In this document: positions 24,760 through 38,638 of the stretch, in pieces | Layout of the letters: every line of letters begins with the position of its first letter | Numbering within the stretch: position 1 is the stretch's first letter | NCBI RefSeq assembly: GCF_030028105.1 | Contig: NC_092394.1 | Location: forward strand, 22,049,939-22,113,938 | DNA length: 64,000 nt | Source of the DNA: Mobula birostris | Lineage: Eukaryota | Reading direction: 5' to 3' | The notes under the pieces: model-generated | Database searches by the model: none | Told to the model about the DNA's origin: nothing | The model's input: only the letters and a program-made list of their open reading frames with translations | Program-made: the position numbers and the translations under genes

Positions 24760-25500
24760 CTGCTTTTCGTGGAATCCAGCTCATGTCAGGGTGGAAGGAA
24801 ATGAAGTAGTCAATAGGTTGGCTAAACAATCTCTGAAAGTCAGTGCTTTTGATATTCCACTAAGTAAGGGGAAGGCAAAGGTTTTAATTCAGGACCATGT
24901 TCTCTCAATCTGGCAGGGACTGTGGGACATGCAACTAAGGGAAGCCACTTAGATGGAATTCAGAAAAAGGTTACTTCACTTTGGAGGCGAGGAGGGCGCC
25001 GGTGGGGGGTGCGGGGGAGAGTTATAATTACTCAGCTTAGACTCGGCCATCCTGGTTTAAATGGCACACTGTTTAGACTTGGTAAATGTACTTCAGGTGA
25101 GCATAGACAGTCTCACCTGTGTTATTGGAATGTAGGGCACGAGTAGGGAAGAAAGTGGATTCTACGAAAAAATATTGTTACTCTGGATAGTTTGGTGGGA
25201 GTATGGGCAAGAAGCACAGGAGAAGCATAAGGAAGTATTTAAATTCTTGAAACTTGTTCGGTTGTTTAGCGCAATTTAAGTCAATAGCATTGACTGTTTT
25301 TATATTTATTTAGTTATTTTATTATTATTATTATTATCATCATCCTTATTGTTAGTGTTATTTCTTCTCAGGACAGTAGTGGAAGGTGTGATGATCACTG
25401 TTCTGAATCCTCTTCACACTCCAGTACAGTAGGTGCCGGTAATGCACCTTTTTATTTGGACTACCAACCTCCAGTAAGAAGCAACAGAAGAAGAAAGAGA
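24760..25500 (+). mobile_element. Nimb/I-clade LINE 3' end (RNase H, Zn knuckle, GAA-rich tail)
   Basis: WNPAHVRVEGNEVVNRLAK and ITQLRLGHPGLN motifs. Confidence 0.8.
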
Positions 25501-25945
25501 GAAAGCTAATTAGTTTAAGTAACAGAGAAGGTGTAGGGGGCAGTGGGTAGAACAAGGGGAATGTCTGCAAGAGGGTGAAATGATGGACAGTCACTGAATG
25601 GACAGTTCGATTCCCTTGCCTGTATAATGTGCTGCTAATATTAAATCTGAGTAATATTGTACAATCCAGACTAATGTGATGTTCTCAGCAGAAAGGTTTG
25701 TGCAGATGAGAAACAAAAGCTAGGAGAAGAATGGCCAGTCCCGATACAAACAGAAAGAAAGAGCAAGTTAGCTGAAGTTGGAGAATTCACTATTGAGTCC
25801 TGCTGGCTGCAATATAGTCAGAAAAAAATGAGGCATCGTTCCTTGATCTTACATTGGACCTCATTGTAACAATGCAGGAGAACACAGACAGAAGGGTCAG
25901 AGTGAGATGGGGAGTAAAATGATGGGCTCCCCAGACACTCAGAGT
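25500..25945 (-). mobile_element. Penelope GIY-YIG C-terminal fragment
   Basis: PSHSDPSVCVLLHCYNEVQCKIKERCLIF resembles the end of the PLE endonuclease. Confidence 0.65.
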
Positions 25946-25959
25946 CACTATAACAAAGG

Positions 25960-28800
25960 ATTCTTTGATAGTTGATTAAACTGAAGTTTGTCACTTTCAT
26001 GGCAGATGGGGTAAATTGTACAGCTCAAACTAAAGGTAAGAAAGAAAAAAATAAAATTATATTAAAAGCTGCAGAAAAACATCTAGTAATAAAGAACTCG
26101 GCTATAGAAGTTATTAACAATGACTATTAAGGAGAAATAAATAATGTTCAGACCTCAAAAGGGGGTTGTTAATTGTTTTTTCTAATCTTACAATGGAATG
26201 CTAGAAGCCTGTTGCTTATAGTCAAGAGTTTAAGAAATTTATTGAAAATTTCACAGGTCTGCATGAAATGTTGTCACAGGAAAGCAGCATCAATAGTCAG
26301 GGCTCCACACCACAAAGAACATGCTCTTGTTCACTACTGCCATCAGGAAGAAGGTACAGGAGCCTCAGGACTCACACCACTAGGTTCAGGAACAGTTATT
26401 ACTGCCAAACCATCAGGCTCTTGAATCAGAGGGGATAACCTCACTCAAGTTCACTTGCCCCATAACTGAACTGTTTCCACAACAGTTTACTATAACTGTT
26501 GCAGAGGGTTTAAACTACTTTGGCAAAGTGATAGATAGGGTTGAGGATGAGGCAGTTGGTATACAAGCAGATAGCAGAGACTGGTTCAGGCTCTTGAACC
26601 AGTGGGGATAACTTCACTCAAATTCACTTGCTCATCATTGAAATGTTCCCAGAACCTATGGACTCACTTTCAAGGACTCTTCATCTCATGTTCTGAATAT
26701 TTATTGCTTATTTATTATTATTATTATTTCTGTCTGGCAGTATCTGAGGATATAGCAAGTGTGTGTAACTAGGAAGTGTGTCATGATACAACAGTGGGGA
26801 GTGACCATTTTACTACAATCTGTCAAATGGGAATAGATGTGTATCAGTGGATAAGTTCTCATATCCCCAGGTGGAAATTTAAAAAGGCTAATTGGAACGT
26901 ACTTGATGGTTTATGTGAAAGTAGATTGCCTCATCATTTGGTTTTGGAGGATATTGACTGGAGTAATAATACCTTGTGTTTTGTACTCAACTCAATAGCT
27001 AAGGAATCAATTCCTAGACCGTTGGGAGAAAATAAAAGGAGAGCTGTTCCCTGGTGGATGGATGAATGCAAAAGAGCTGTGGAGGAGCAGAATATAGCTG
27101 TTGGGAAAGTTAGGCAGCGTTACTCTTATTCATCTTTCATACAATATCAATGAACTTAAGCTATAGTTAGAAAAGTAGTGTGAAGTGCAAAGAAAATGTC
27201 TTGGATACTGTGATAGATTTGGAAGCGAAAGGTAGGGGAAGTTTAGGTATGATAAGGAAAATGGGAGTTAGAAAACTTAATGCATTGTCGGTTTTGTATG
27301 GTAGGGAAAAGGCTGCAGTTACTGACTCCGAAAAAGCTGAATTATGAGCAAAAACATATGATAGTGTACATCGTTCAGCCAATTTAAGAAGAGTGATCTT
27401 GTAGAGAAACAGTTTTGGCAAGCAATTCTCAGACTGCTGAGATAAAAGAATATTACAGTTCCTGCTTGGAAGTCAAATTTACATTGTCTGAATTTAAAAG
27501 GACTATTAATGGTGCTGGTCAGATATTACCTGGGTATGAAGGTATTTGATATCATACATTTACATGGTAATCAGATCTGAAACTTGTGTTGGTTTTGAAA
27601 TTCTTTGATACAATATGTGTTGAAGGGTGAATTCCTGATTACTGGAAATTGGGGTTTGTTATCCCTCGGTAATTTCTAAGGTAAGGACACGTCCAGCACA
27701 GCTTTGTGGGCCGAAGAGCCTGTATTGTGCTGTAGGTTTTCTATGTTTCTATGAACAATATGTGTCATCTGACACCCATTACATTACCCTACAACAGATA
27801 ATTGATCTCGAGGTGTATGATAGTACAAGAAAATGGCATTGTTGATCATCAGCGAAGTGGATATGTTATCATCAATCCGCATAGACTGTGGTCTTCCGGT
27901 TAGGAATTCGAGGATCCAATTACAGAGGCCCAGGTTCTGCAAATTCTCAATCAGGATTGTGGGAATGATGATATTAAATGCTGAGCTACAGTCGATGAAC
28001 AGCATCCTGATGTCGGTGTTTGTGTTGTCTAGGTGGTCTAAAGCCGTGTGGAGAGCCATGGAGATTGCGTCTGCCGTTGACCTACTGTGACAAATAGGCA
28101 AATTACAATGGGTCCAGGTCCTTGCTGAGGCAGGAGTTCAGTCTAGTCATAACCAACCTCTCAAAGCATTTCATCACTGTCTATGTGAGTGCTACCAGGC
28201 AATAGTCATTAGGGCAACCTACATTATTCATCTCTGGCACTGGTATAATTGTTGTCTTTTTGAATCAAGCAGGAACTTCTGCCCGTAGTAGTGAGAGGTT
28301 GAAGATGTCCTTGAATACTCCCACTAGTTGGCTGGCACAGGTTTTCAGAGCCTTACCAGGTACTCCATTGGGACCTTCTGCCTTGCGAGGGTTCACTCTC
28401 TTTAAAGACAGTCTAACATCGGCCTCTGAGACAGAGATCACAGGGTCATCAGGTGCAGCAGGGATCTTCACAGCTGTAGTTGTGCTCTCCCTTTCAAAGC
28501 GTGCATAGAAGGTGCAGTGTGGAAGAGAAGTAGGAATATAAATTATTTAGCTCGAAAAATGCAGGCAGCTATTAATGAAGTAGATGAATGGGGTTGTCAA
28601 TGGGGGTTTAAATTTTCTGTTGCAAAGACTCAAGTTATTTTGTTTTTCTAAAAGGAACATTATACCCACAGTTTATCTCAAGTTAAGTGGTAAATCTCTT
28701 AAACAAGAGTCAGCCGTAAAGTTTCTAGGTATGTGGATGGACACAAGGCTGATGTGAAAGGTACATGTGAATAAAATCCCAGAGAAGTGTAAAAACAGTA
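25960..28800 (+). mobile_element. Nimb/I-clade LINE (ORF2 APE to RT) interrupted by Rex1 and CR1 pieces
   Basis: ILQWNARSL, GSDHF, PRWKFKKANW, AVPWW and WGFKFSVAKTQV motifs. Confidence 0.75.
27784..28515 (-). mobile_element. Rex1-like LINE RT fragment
   Basis: VNPRKAEGPNGVPGKALKTCASQLVGVF and [12 protein letters not shown]. Confidence 0.9.
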
Positions 28801-28809
28801 AATGATATA

Positions 28810-29330
28810 AATGAAGTGATACCTTTGCATAAAGGGGAGATTAAAGCCATAATTAAGAAGTCTTTTCAATGATTGTGGCAACAAAAATGAGAAAAGGGAA
28901 AGAAAGGGCTGCATTTGTATAAAATTCAGAGGATAGTGGGAACTCAACTGGGAGAGGGTATAAAAGGAGAGAAGTTATCCTTCCACACTTACATATTGGA
29001 CATACTAGGTTGAATAATACCCTCTTCAGAATTTAATATATGGACATCTGTAAGAGTGCACCTGTCAAGAGATGGTGCAACATATGTTGTTTGAATGCAG
29101 TTCCTATGAGGTGCAAAGGAAATTGTCAATGTAGTGAAGAAAGAATTGGGAAAGAGGGTCCAAATAGCCTGGAGCAAGGACAGTTCCTGTTATTCAACAA
29201 AAAGATGTGTATCTAAGGCCAACGCAAGTACCCATGGCTTCACATTTAGTCTGGAGAAAGTCAATGGAATGGAGGGAGACTGGAGAATGTGACTTGGATC
29301 AAAGGATTCTGGGAAAGTGGAATGGGAAAG
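28810..29330 (-). mobile_element. Penelope RT fragment, degraded
   Basis: FLQTKCEAMGTCVG resembles the PLE RT motif FLQTKGVAMGT. Confidence 0.6.
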
Positions 29331-29603
29331 TCAGCTTTAATTTTAAAAAAGTAATTATTTAAATAACACAAAACGACAAGTCATGATTAATAGTTGTTTG
29401 TCAGCCAAGAGGATGATCGAAAGTGGCAAGTCCTCAGGATCCTTGCCAGTGCCATTTCTGAACTAAATACATACTGTATATCTTGGATATTGGAACCTAA
29501 GGTATGATTACAAAGTTTACCAATGAGACTAAAAATATAAACTTACTGTTGCTAGCCTTCCAGTGGTTATGCCAGATTGGTGATGATTTTGTGAGGACAA
29601 TGA

Positions 29604-29626
29604 GTGTGTGTGTGTGTGTGTGTGTG
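29604..29626. repeat. (GT)n microsatellite
   Basis: Seen directly in the sequence. Confidence 0.95.
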
Positions 29627-30599
29627 AACAAAACACACGCGCACATTTTGCTTGCAGTTACTCGTTTACTCGTTTCCCCTTGGGGAGGTGCTGTATCGCC
29701 GATGGTTTTGTCATAATCTTGTTCATTTTTTTTATTTGTCGGAGGTTATGAGCTGCTTATGGAGTCAGCCGGTAGTGAGGAATACAATGGGAAACTGACG
29801 AACTATGAAAATGTGGTGGAGAAAACCTGTATTACAAAATATATTGCACCAAAATGGAACAGATCCCAGCGGACATTCACGGGTTTTGTGATCCTCAGTT
29901 GCCACATGGGCAAAGAAAAGAGCTGATTCAGTTAGAGGAATATCGATGAACTGACATGGCAAGAACAAAAGTTGCAAATATTTTTTTGTTTTCGGTTCAA
30001 AATTGAGAAGCAGTAACTTTATTGCCTGTGATTTCTGCTGGCGACATGAACATGACTGGGCTGTCCAAATCCAAAAAAAATTATTGTTGTAACTGCAGCT
30101 GTACATCAATCTGATATTACTAAATCTGGATTTAATGAAGCACTCACACCCCTCTCCTCAGCTCATTTACATTAAAAATTCCACCCACCTGCTAAAACTA
30201 TTTATATTCAAACACCTGCTAAAGGTATTTAACTTCAAGGTGAATTTATCAACTCAATCAAGGTGCATGACCAAAGTAATACACAAAACATGCTGCAGAT
30301 AAGAACAGTCTCAATCTCATAATCCGAGATGTAAGTGTTTGAAAATACAGCTACATTTTAAATATGTACATGTATAGGGAGGAGACTTACTAGTTGCCAC
30401 TCTCCTGTTTAATATTTCGGCTCCTTCACCACCATCCCTCCATACCACTGATACCACGGTGCCTGTGTATCTAAATAGCAATTTTGTGGGCATTGTACAA
30501 CATGCAGAATTAGGCTTCTCACTCAATATTTCAATGTGTTGGCCTAGGATCATTGATGGTTGATACTGCGTTAACGTGGAATGCTGCAGTTCTGATTCA

Positions 30600-33056
30600 G
30601 CACACCCCCTGGACAAGCCAGGCACATAAGACCCGAGCTGGACAGCTCATACAACCTCCAGACAAACTAACAATGCTGGTTTTGGTGAATTCTGGTTGGG
30701 GTGGGGGCTGCGTAAGGTAATGTAACATGTGACAGATGACACACGTTGTTCATAATAGAAGCATCTACGGAATTCACAAACCTCATTGCATTTTTGCGTT
30801 TAATTTAGGAGATGGTGTCTGATATTGTTTTGACTTTGTTCGTAGTGGCACAGTGGGCTTTTGCTAAGCACATAAACCTACTCTAGCATGTTGTATTCAC
30901 AAAGTCCTACAGCACCGTCTCCAGAGCCACCTCCAACGCCTCTCTCCTGGCCAGCTATAAACAGGCAATACCGCAGCTTGAGGCCTAGTCCTTGCTGCAA
31001 CTGAGTCCATGTTGCGCCCCTGCCACCCGCCAATAAATCAGTGGGACGACCTCTGGCCACCCTGGTGTATGGTCCACTATGGTAAGGACATGTGTGAAGC
31101 CATGGGGGGGTGGGGGAGCCGACCAACCAAATCCACATTGATGTGGTCAAACCATCACGCTAGGACCTCAAAAGGTGTCGATGGTGCCCGAACGTGATGG
31201 TTAATTTTCGCACGCTGACACACAACACAGGCTGCACTCCAGTCTCGCATTGCCTTCTTAAGGCTGTGCCATACAAACTTCAAAACAGCCGCTTTCTGTG
31301 AAGCCTTCTCGCCTGGATGAGAGAGGCTGTGAATGGACTTAAAAACAGTATGCCTCCAGTTTGCAGGCACTGTGGGGCGAGGACGACTGGTTGAGACACC
31401 TCACAGGAAAGAAACTGTTGTGTGCCTGACCTTGATGTCAGACAACCACAGGCCCATGACTGCTGTTCCGCAACCCTGAACCTCTGGGCCGACAGCCTGG
31501 AGGGGTGAAGCCCGAGAGTTATTCGACCTGCATACAATATCAAACATTTCTACGTTAACAAACTCTGCCTTCGTGCTGACCAGCTTTGAGTCCAATCTAT
31601 ACACACGAGCATGGATCTGCGAACCAGTTGTGGAAACGTGGTGCTCAGCCCCATGCTTTGTGACTTTAGTGGAAAATGTGTGGTTGGTGAGGTTTGGGAA
31701 TTCGCCCAGCAGGCATGTGGAGTGCACATGTTTGACAGAGTCATCCTGGGAACTTACTGGGCATACAGCGTAAGGACCCAAAGTCATTTGCGTCCACATG
31801 CTGACAGTCTAAAATTGACGGACAGTCCTTTGGCGCACAAGAAATCTATGCTGAGCAGAGGTCTAGTAACGTTAGCCAGGACAAAGTCTCACGTATAGAG
31901 TCATCCTCTGAAGCAGAGCGTCACACGTCGTGTCCCATAAGTGTCTTATAATCAATGGGTGATGTGGCCAGCATACTCACTCGAGCGCCTGTGCCACGCA
32001 GTAAGCATTGCCCTGAAAGGCTGTCCGTAATGAACAGTAGACAACCCTGGCAGCTGGAACCCACAGTGTTCACAGACCTCCGATGTCCTGATGTGCTGGC
32101 GCTGTGGAAGCTGCAGAGCCGCCAGCACTTCTCGGCGTCCACGCTGAAGCATGCGCAGCAAAAATATAGAGCCAGCGTTGTCTGGTTCAGAGCAGTGGAT
32201 GTGAGTCTGCTGGGGGCTCTGCTGACAGGGCTTATTGAGACAGGGGAAAGAGGAGAAACAATGCACCTTTGCCTGGCTGAGTGTAGACTGTCGGCCATTT
32301 CAACAAGCTTCATATAGTCCTTCATGGCCGTATTAGCAAAGACTATGCAAACTTAATCAGGCATTTGTTGTATAAAGAGTTCTTTGAAAACAAAACAAGG
32401 ATGGAGATGGCTCCAGTGAGATGGCATGTTGTCCAGCAGTTCTGAAGGCCTGGAATCACCCAGGTCAGGCAAGGAGAGCAACTGTATGGCGTGCTCAGAC
32501 TCAGACAATCTGAAAGTCTGCAATAGGTGAGTTTTCAGAGTGACGTACCTATCACATGCAGGCAGGTCTTCTAGTACCTGTAGACTCACTACCCTGGCTC
32601 AGTGGAATTACTTGACAATGCTATGGCATAGTAAAATTTGGTATTCTCTGCAGTGATTCTCGCAGCACGAACTGGACTTCCGCCTGTATAAACCACACGG
32701 TAGCGTATTACTTCTGCCTGTATTAAACCACACAGTAGCGTGCTGCTCCCAAAACTCTGGCAGCTTCAAAGCGACTGCATTGATTGACATGTTGTTGAGT
32801 AACTACGAAATCATCTGAGAGTGTCACGGTCACCAATGTAGGATTATGTGAATAAAGCATGCACGAGTCATTTTATGTTCTTAAGAAAATCCACAGACTT
32901 TTACTACCATTACAAACAAACCACATGCAGTCACCTTATACTAACGTCATTGCGTCAGACACCATCTCTTAAAGTGAACACAATTCACTGGCAGTCTTAG
33001 TGAATTACGTAGAACAGTCTCTATGATGAACAATATGTCGACTGTCAGCAATTACA
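30600..33056 (-). mobile_element. Gypsy LTR retrotransposon remnant (5' LTR, PBS, gag, protease, partial RT, integrase Zn finger)
   Basis: gag NAVALKLPEFW; HHCC motif IHSLSHPG...AACVVCQRAK; LTR edge at 32837 followed by TGGTGACC (tRNA-Trp-like PBS). Confidence 0.8.
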
Positions 33057-33959
33057 TTACCCTGCAGTGTGGTGTGGAGTCAGTGCTGCCCTCCAGTGTT
33101 CATTTGGCAGAAAGACAAGCTGTATTGTGACCACCTTCAGATTTCTGCAATATTCATGTACTCAGGGTCTTGGACTATATTTGTGTGACTGTATTGCGGC
33201 ATGAGAAATTTGTTCAACCGACGTATGACATTCCATTTAAATGGTGGCTTGCAAACTACAAAGACCCAGATCTCCTGAGGCATGAATGTCAGGCCCAGTA
33301 AGAGGTTCAGGTGGTGGCTGTGGTTCCCAGGGATGTGACGTTCAGAGTCGCGAAGATGGAGCATCCCAGCAACCAGGTGGAGTGAAAAGTCTTGTTGCAC
33401 GTACTGCAGTTGGTGGGCAACAGGGAGGATGGCGGCCCGCCCTTGGCCAAGTCACAGACACTTCGGTTGAGTGCTGCATTACCTAATGGCGATCCACAGC
33501 CAGTCCCAGCAGAGCAATGGTTTGATATCGGTCTCGAGTTCCCAGTCAGATGCAGCGGGTGAGGATGTTTCTGCCTCTGCTCCCTTCCCAGCTGAGAAAG
33601 CATATCAAAGAATAGCTACCTCCCTATGCAGGATTAGCTCTCTCCCCCTGACACCCACTGTGATGAGTATCTGAGCTTTCCCATCAATCGAGGAAGGGAG
33701 CAATGTCCAAGACTGATCCTCCGGCCATCAAAGCTTTCTTTCAATGCACCTCAGTGCATTGCAAATCCTGGAAGACAGATATCTGAAAGCTTCTGCAGTG
33801 ACAGCTGACAAAGGACCTAAAGATTTCTGACTCTTCATGCTGAATGGAGATGCCTTACCGTAAATAATTGCTTATTAATGTATCACTACACTAAATAATT
33901 TCAATATTAAACAGGTGAAGTAAATTTCCCTTTTGGCAAAGGGAATAACAGATAGATGT

Positions 33960-34620
33960 TTTCTACTGTTGTTTTGTCATTGTCATGTGTACTGAGGAAC
34001 AATTAAAAAGCTGTTGTTTTGTTTGCCATGCGTAAGTACATCAAGACAGCAAAATGCTGAGAAAGTGCAGTGCACTGCAGGTCGGTAAATAAAGTGCAAG
34101 GGCCATAACGAGGTAGATTGGGAGATCAAAATTTCATCTATAGCATATGAGAGGTATATTCAAGAGACTGATAACAGTGAATTAGGAGTAATCCTTAGAG
34201 TCTAATAATATGTGCACTTAAGCTTTTATAAACATCTGCTGGATGGGATGATTGGGCTGGGTGGGGTCCTTAATTATGTTGGTTGCTTTCCTGAAGTGTT
34301 GGCAAATTTAGACAGAGACAGCGGAAGGGAGGCTGCTTTGTGTGAAGGCTGGACTGCATTCATAAATTTCTGCAGTGCCTTGGGGTTTGGCACAGAATAA
34401 TTGCCATACCAAGCCGTGATGCATCCATACAAGATGTTTTCTATGCTGCATCTGTGAAAATTGGTGAGAATCATTGGGGGTACACTGAATTTCCTCAGCC
34501 TTCAGAGAAAGTAGGGGTGTTAGTGTATTTGTCTGCAGCATTGATGTAGCTGGGTCGGCAGAAAGTATTAGTGGTCTTCACACCTAGGAATTTGAAGCTC
34601 TCAGCTAGCTCCACCCTCTT
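33960..34620 (-). mobile_element. Rex1-like LINE 3' fragment
   Basis: ILTNFHRCSIENILYGCITAWYGN. Confidence 0.75.
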
Positions 34621-36554
34621 TTTGAAATTATGAGTTGCTTGGATAGGGTGCAAAGTGCAAATCTTTTCCCTGTCATGAAAAACATCTAAAAGCAACGGGC
34701 TGATGTCTTAAGAGTTGGAGGGAATCTGAGGAAAATGGTTTTCATCTGGAGAGTGGTTACAGTCCGTAACTTGTTACCTGAGTCGGTGGTGAGGATAAGT
34801 ACTGTCATGTTTATGCGGTACCTGGAGGAGCTCATCAGTGGCTAAATCAGAGGAAGTTACAGACCAAATATTGGTAAATGGGATTAGTGTTGTTAGCTAC
34901 TTAATGGTTCACATGGACACAAAGTGTCTGTTTCTGTGCTGTTTGACTCTGAGGTATGGGAAGCAATTTCCATTTAGGACACCTGATCATCCTCTCCTGA
35001 GTTTGAATTTGAAAATGGCCCTGTTCCATAAAGCAGCCAATGCAAAACAAAACCAGAGAATACTGAAAATGTATTGTGTGCTCTTCTGGTTTCCTGCTCT
35101 ATAGGAAGGCTGTGCAGGTTTTTGAGAGTACAGAAGAGATGCACCAGGACACTGCCTGGAATGAACAGTATTAAATATAAGGAGAGGTGGGATACACTTG
35201 AACTGTCAGACACTGAGGGAAGACCTGTTTCAGGTTTACGAAATTAGATAAGGCATAATTAGGGTTTACCAAGGATAGAAATGTAAAAACTAGAGGTCTT
35301 CCCACAGTTGTGTGTCAGTCCTAAACTAATTCAAAAGTATTGGTCTCTTTCCCCATTCCTTTGTCAATCACTTCCCTTTTTCACCCTCTCCCCGCAGCCC
35401 TGTGCCAGACAATGAACCAGTTCCAATGCCCCATGCTCTCCTTGCAGTGGGATGAGCCTGGGGACTGACACAGCTCTGGAGAAAGAGTGGGAGATGGGAT
35501 GCAGTTTGGGGACCGACACAGGGCTGCAGGGAAGGTGCAGGTATTGAGTCATTTTGGGATGCTGGAGGGGCGAGAGTGGGATACTGGGAGTAGTTAGATG
35601 GATTTGGAAATAGAGTCTGACACTGGGACTGAGACAGTGTTGCGTTGACAGAGCTATCTCATGTACATTGAAACATACAGAGAAATGTGTTATTTGTGTA
35701 AACATCCAACACCCTCGTAAGACCCTTGATTCTCAGGTTTTGTGTGTCTACCACAATGGCAGATTTCGTAATTGCCAATCTTTTCCTCTTTATAAAATCT
35801 CTTACAATCTGTTTTCATGTTTTTTTAATGGTCCCCACTCTTACTCCATCTTGTTTTTCTTTCATTTTTGCTGAGTTCCAAAATGCTCCATGTCATCAGT
35901 ACTTCTGCTCTTACTCACCTATCAAGCCATTTCATTGGATTTGCCACTATTTTTAATTTTTATTGTTATTCATAGGGCAGCCAATTTTCCAATTAGGGTT
36001 TGTGCTTAAAGGAATAGATATTTTATATTTATTCATTATTTCTTTAAATGCTAACTCTTGCCCACACGCTGACATACCATTCAATGAATACTCCCAGACA
36101 GCCACAGCGAACTCTCTTCACAGCTTGCACTGGCTTTAAAATCTTGGTTTCACATAGGATAACATCAGTTTCAAATTCAATGTTAAATTATGGTCACTCT
36201 TCCCCAACGATCCCTTGACAACGTGATTATTGATTAACCCTTTTTTCCATTGCACAAACAAAATAGAGTTTTCCTTGGTTGATAGCTTAACATATTAATC
36301 ATGAATAGCATCTCATATACATTCCACAAATTTATCTTCCGCCTTTTACAGAATGTGGATCTAATCTAATCTAACTGTAAATTAAATTCCTCCATGATCA
36401 TTGTGAGAGAGCTGCTGCACCCACCTCTAATTTCCTGCTATATACCTCACCACTAATTTTTTGGTCTATAAATAACTCCTGCCCTCTACTTTCCATCCTT
36501 TGTTATTTCTCAAGTTCGACATCATGTTCTGTCAAGCCAGGATGATTTATTACA

Positions 36555-36870
36555 GCACAAGAGATCTTGCAGATGCTGGAAATCTTGAGCAACATGCACA
36601 AAACTTTGGAGAAGCTCAGCAGCTCGGGCAGCATCTATGCAGAAGAAAGAACATTTAATATTTTGGGCGAGGCCTTTCATCAGGACAAGAAAGGAAGGGG
36701 ACAAGCCAGAATAAGAAGGCTGGGGAGGGTGAGGAGTACATGCTGGCAGGTGATAGGTGAGACCAAGTGAGGGTCGAGGTGGGTGGGGTAGGGATGGGTT
36801 GATGTAAGAAGCTGGGAGTTAATAGCTGGCAGAGATAAAGGGCTGAAGAAGGAACCTAAAAGCAATCAGA
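36555..36870 (-). mobile_element. Older Penelope-like pLTR
   Basis: Similar to the pLTR family, with a degenerate hammerhead motif. Confidence 0.6.
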
Positions 36871-37908
36871 ATCAGGTTTATTATCACTGATATATGCCAT
36901 AAATTTTGTTCTGTGGCAACAGTACAGTTCAATACATAAAAATAACTATAAATTACGATTAAAAATATTAAAAGAATGAATGAATAAATAATTGAATTGA
37001 TGGACGTTGTGGGTGCAGGTGATGTGACAGTAGACCAAGGAATAAAGGGAAGGAGGAAGGGAACCAGAGGGAAGTATTGGGCACTTCAGGAGGGAAGGGA
37101 GGGGAAGTGAGTCAGCCACACCCTCTCAACTGCACTGATCACCACTGCTCTGAACTCCCTTTTTATTAGCACCACACCACACTACATTTATTTTTTGCCT
37201 GACCTATCTAAATGTTGAATATTTAGCTTAGCTTTGGGCACAGTATAGCCAGATATCCTTAGTGGCAATAAGATCACACCCATTTAATTCTGTTCTGTGC
37301 TATTAAATCTTTTATGTTGTTGCACAAACTATGAGCTATTGATCGCAGTCTGTACTTTAACCCCCTTTGCTGCTTGACTTTGATTTAGCCGTCGATTTCT
37401 TTCACCTATACTCACTTTCCTGTTTTGTTTCTCTTCTTCCTGAATTTCCTTTGAAGTTCCTATTATGCAGGGCAAGTCGGTTTGAGCCCTCCCTGTTAAC
37501 ACTTAACAAACATCCTGCAAGGGTGATGTCATCAGTGCTGCTGAGGAGCAACAGGCCCGATTTTGCACAGGTCTCACTTGACCCTGAAATGGTCCTGACG
37601 CCTCAGGAATGTACAGCCCTTCCAACTGCAACATCTCTGCAGCCACACACTTGTGTTCTCTATTCTACTGCAGATAAAAACGGCTTCTTCCCGCACCCAA
37701 CTATTTCAACCCTCAATAATTCAACTCTCATTTGCAAATCAGTACTATGTAAATTACATTGCTGTTATAAATACAAATTTAATACAGGCCATCTTCAAAT
37801 AACAAAAGGTTTTCTTTCATCGATGGCCTTAGGTTGATTTTGTCCATAAATCTGTAAATAAACAGAAGTAACTTCATATACTAACCATATCTGCACGGTA
37901 TTGTAATG

Positions 37909-38638
37909 CAGCGGTTCCCAACCACCAGGCCGCAAAGCATGTGCTACTGGGCCGCGAGGAAACAATATGAATCAGCTGTACCTTTCCTCATTCCCTGTCA
38001 CACACTGTTGAACTTGAACATAGGGTTGCCAACTGTCCCGTATTTGCTGGGACATCCCATATATTGGGCTAAATTGGTTTGTCCTATATGAGACTGCCCT
38101 TGTCCCGTATTCCCCCCTCAAGGTAGGGTGTTCCTATGAAACCTTTCGTGCCAAAATGGTGTAAAGTGAAGAAGCAATTACCTTTAATTTATATGGGAAA
38201 AATTTTTGAGCTTTCTCAGACCCAAAAAATAACCTACCAAATCATACCAAATAACACATAAAACCTAAAATAACACTAACATATATAGTAAAAGCAGGAA
38301 TGATATGATAAATACACAGCCTATATAAAGTAGAAATGATGTATGTACAGTATAGTCTGGAAGATTAAGCCAAAACCAATTTGTGGAAAAGAATCAGCAT
38401 ATATGCGCATGCGCACACAGGTGCCCGCGCAAGGCTTCATGGTCATGGTAGTCTTTTATGGGTAAACACAAGTGTCCCGTATTTGACTGCTACTTTTGTC
38501 CCTTATTTGGGAGTGAGAAAGTTGGCAACCCTAAATGTAAAAGACATGTTGAGGTGAGTTTAACCCTACCTAACCGGTCCGCAAGAATATTGTCAATATT
38601 AAACCGGTCCGCGTTGCAAAAAAGTTTGGGGACCCCTG
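37909..38638. mobile_element. hAT-Charlie-type MITE with internal hAT-like module
   Basis: TIR CAGCGGTTCCCAA/TTGGGGACCCCTG, perfect 8-bp TSD TTGTAATG, inner TIRs TAGGGTTGCCAACT (38021) and AGTTGGCAACCCTA (ending 38533). Confidence 0.9.

Noticed and set aside
29640-30120. Possible unannotated exon or transposase remnant
   Set aside because: No recognisable protein motif or consistent splice signals
35400-35650. G-rich segment with weak GGGACTGA-like repeats
   Set aside because: Too degenerate to define a repeat unit or function
37367-37837. 156-aa ORF
   Set aside because: TTG start and no recognisable domain; probably degraded CR1-region sequence
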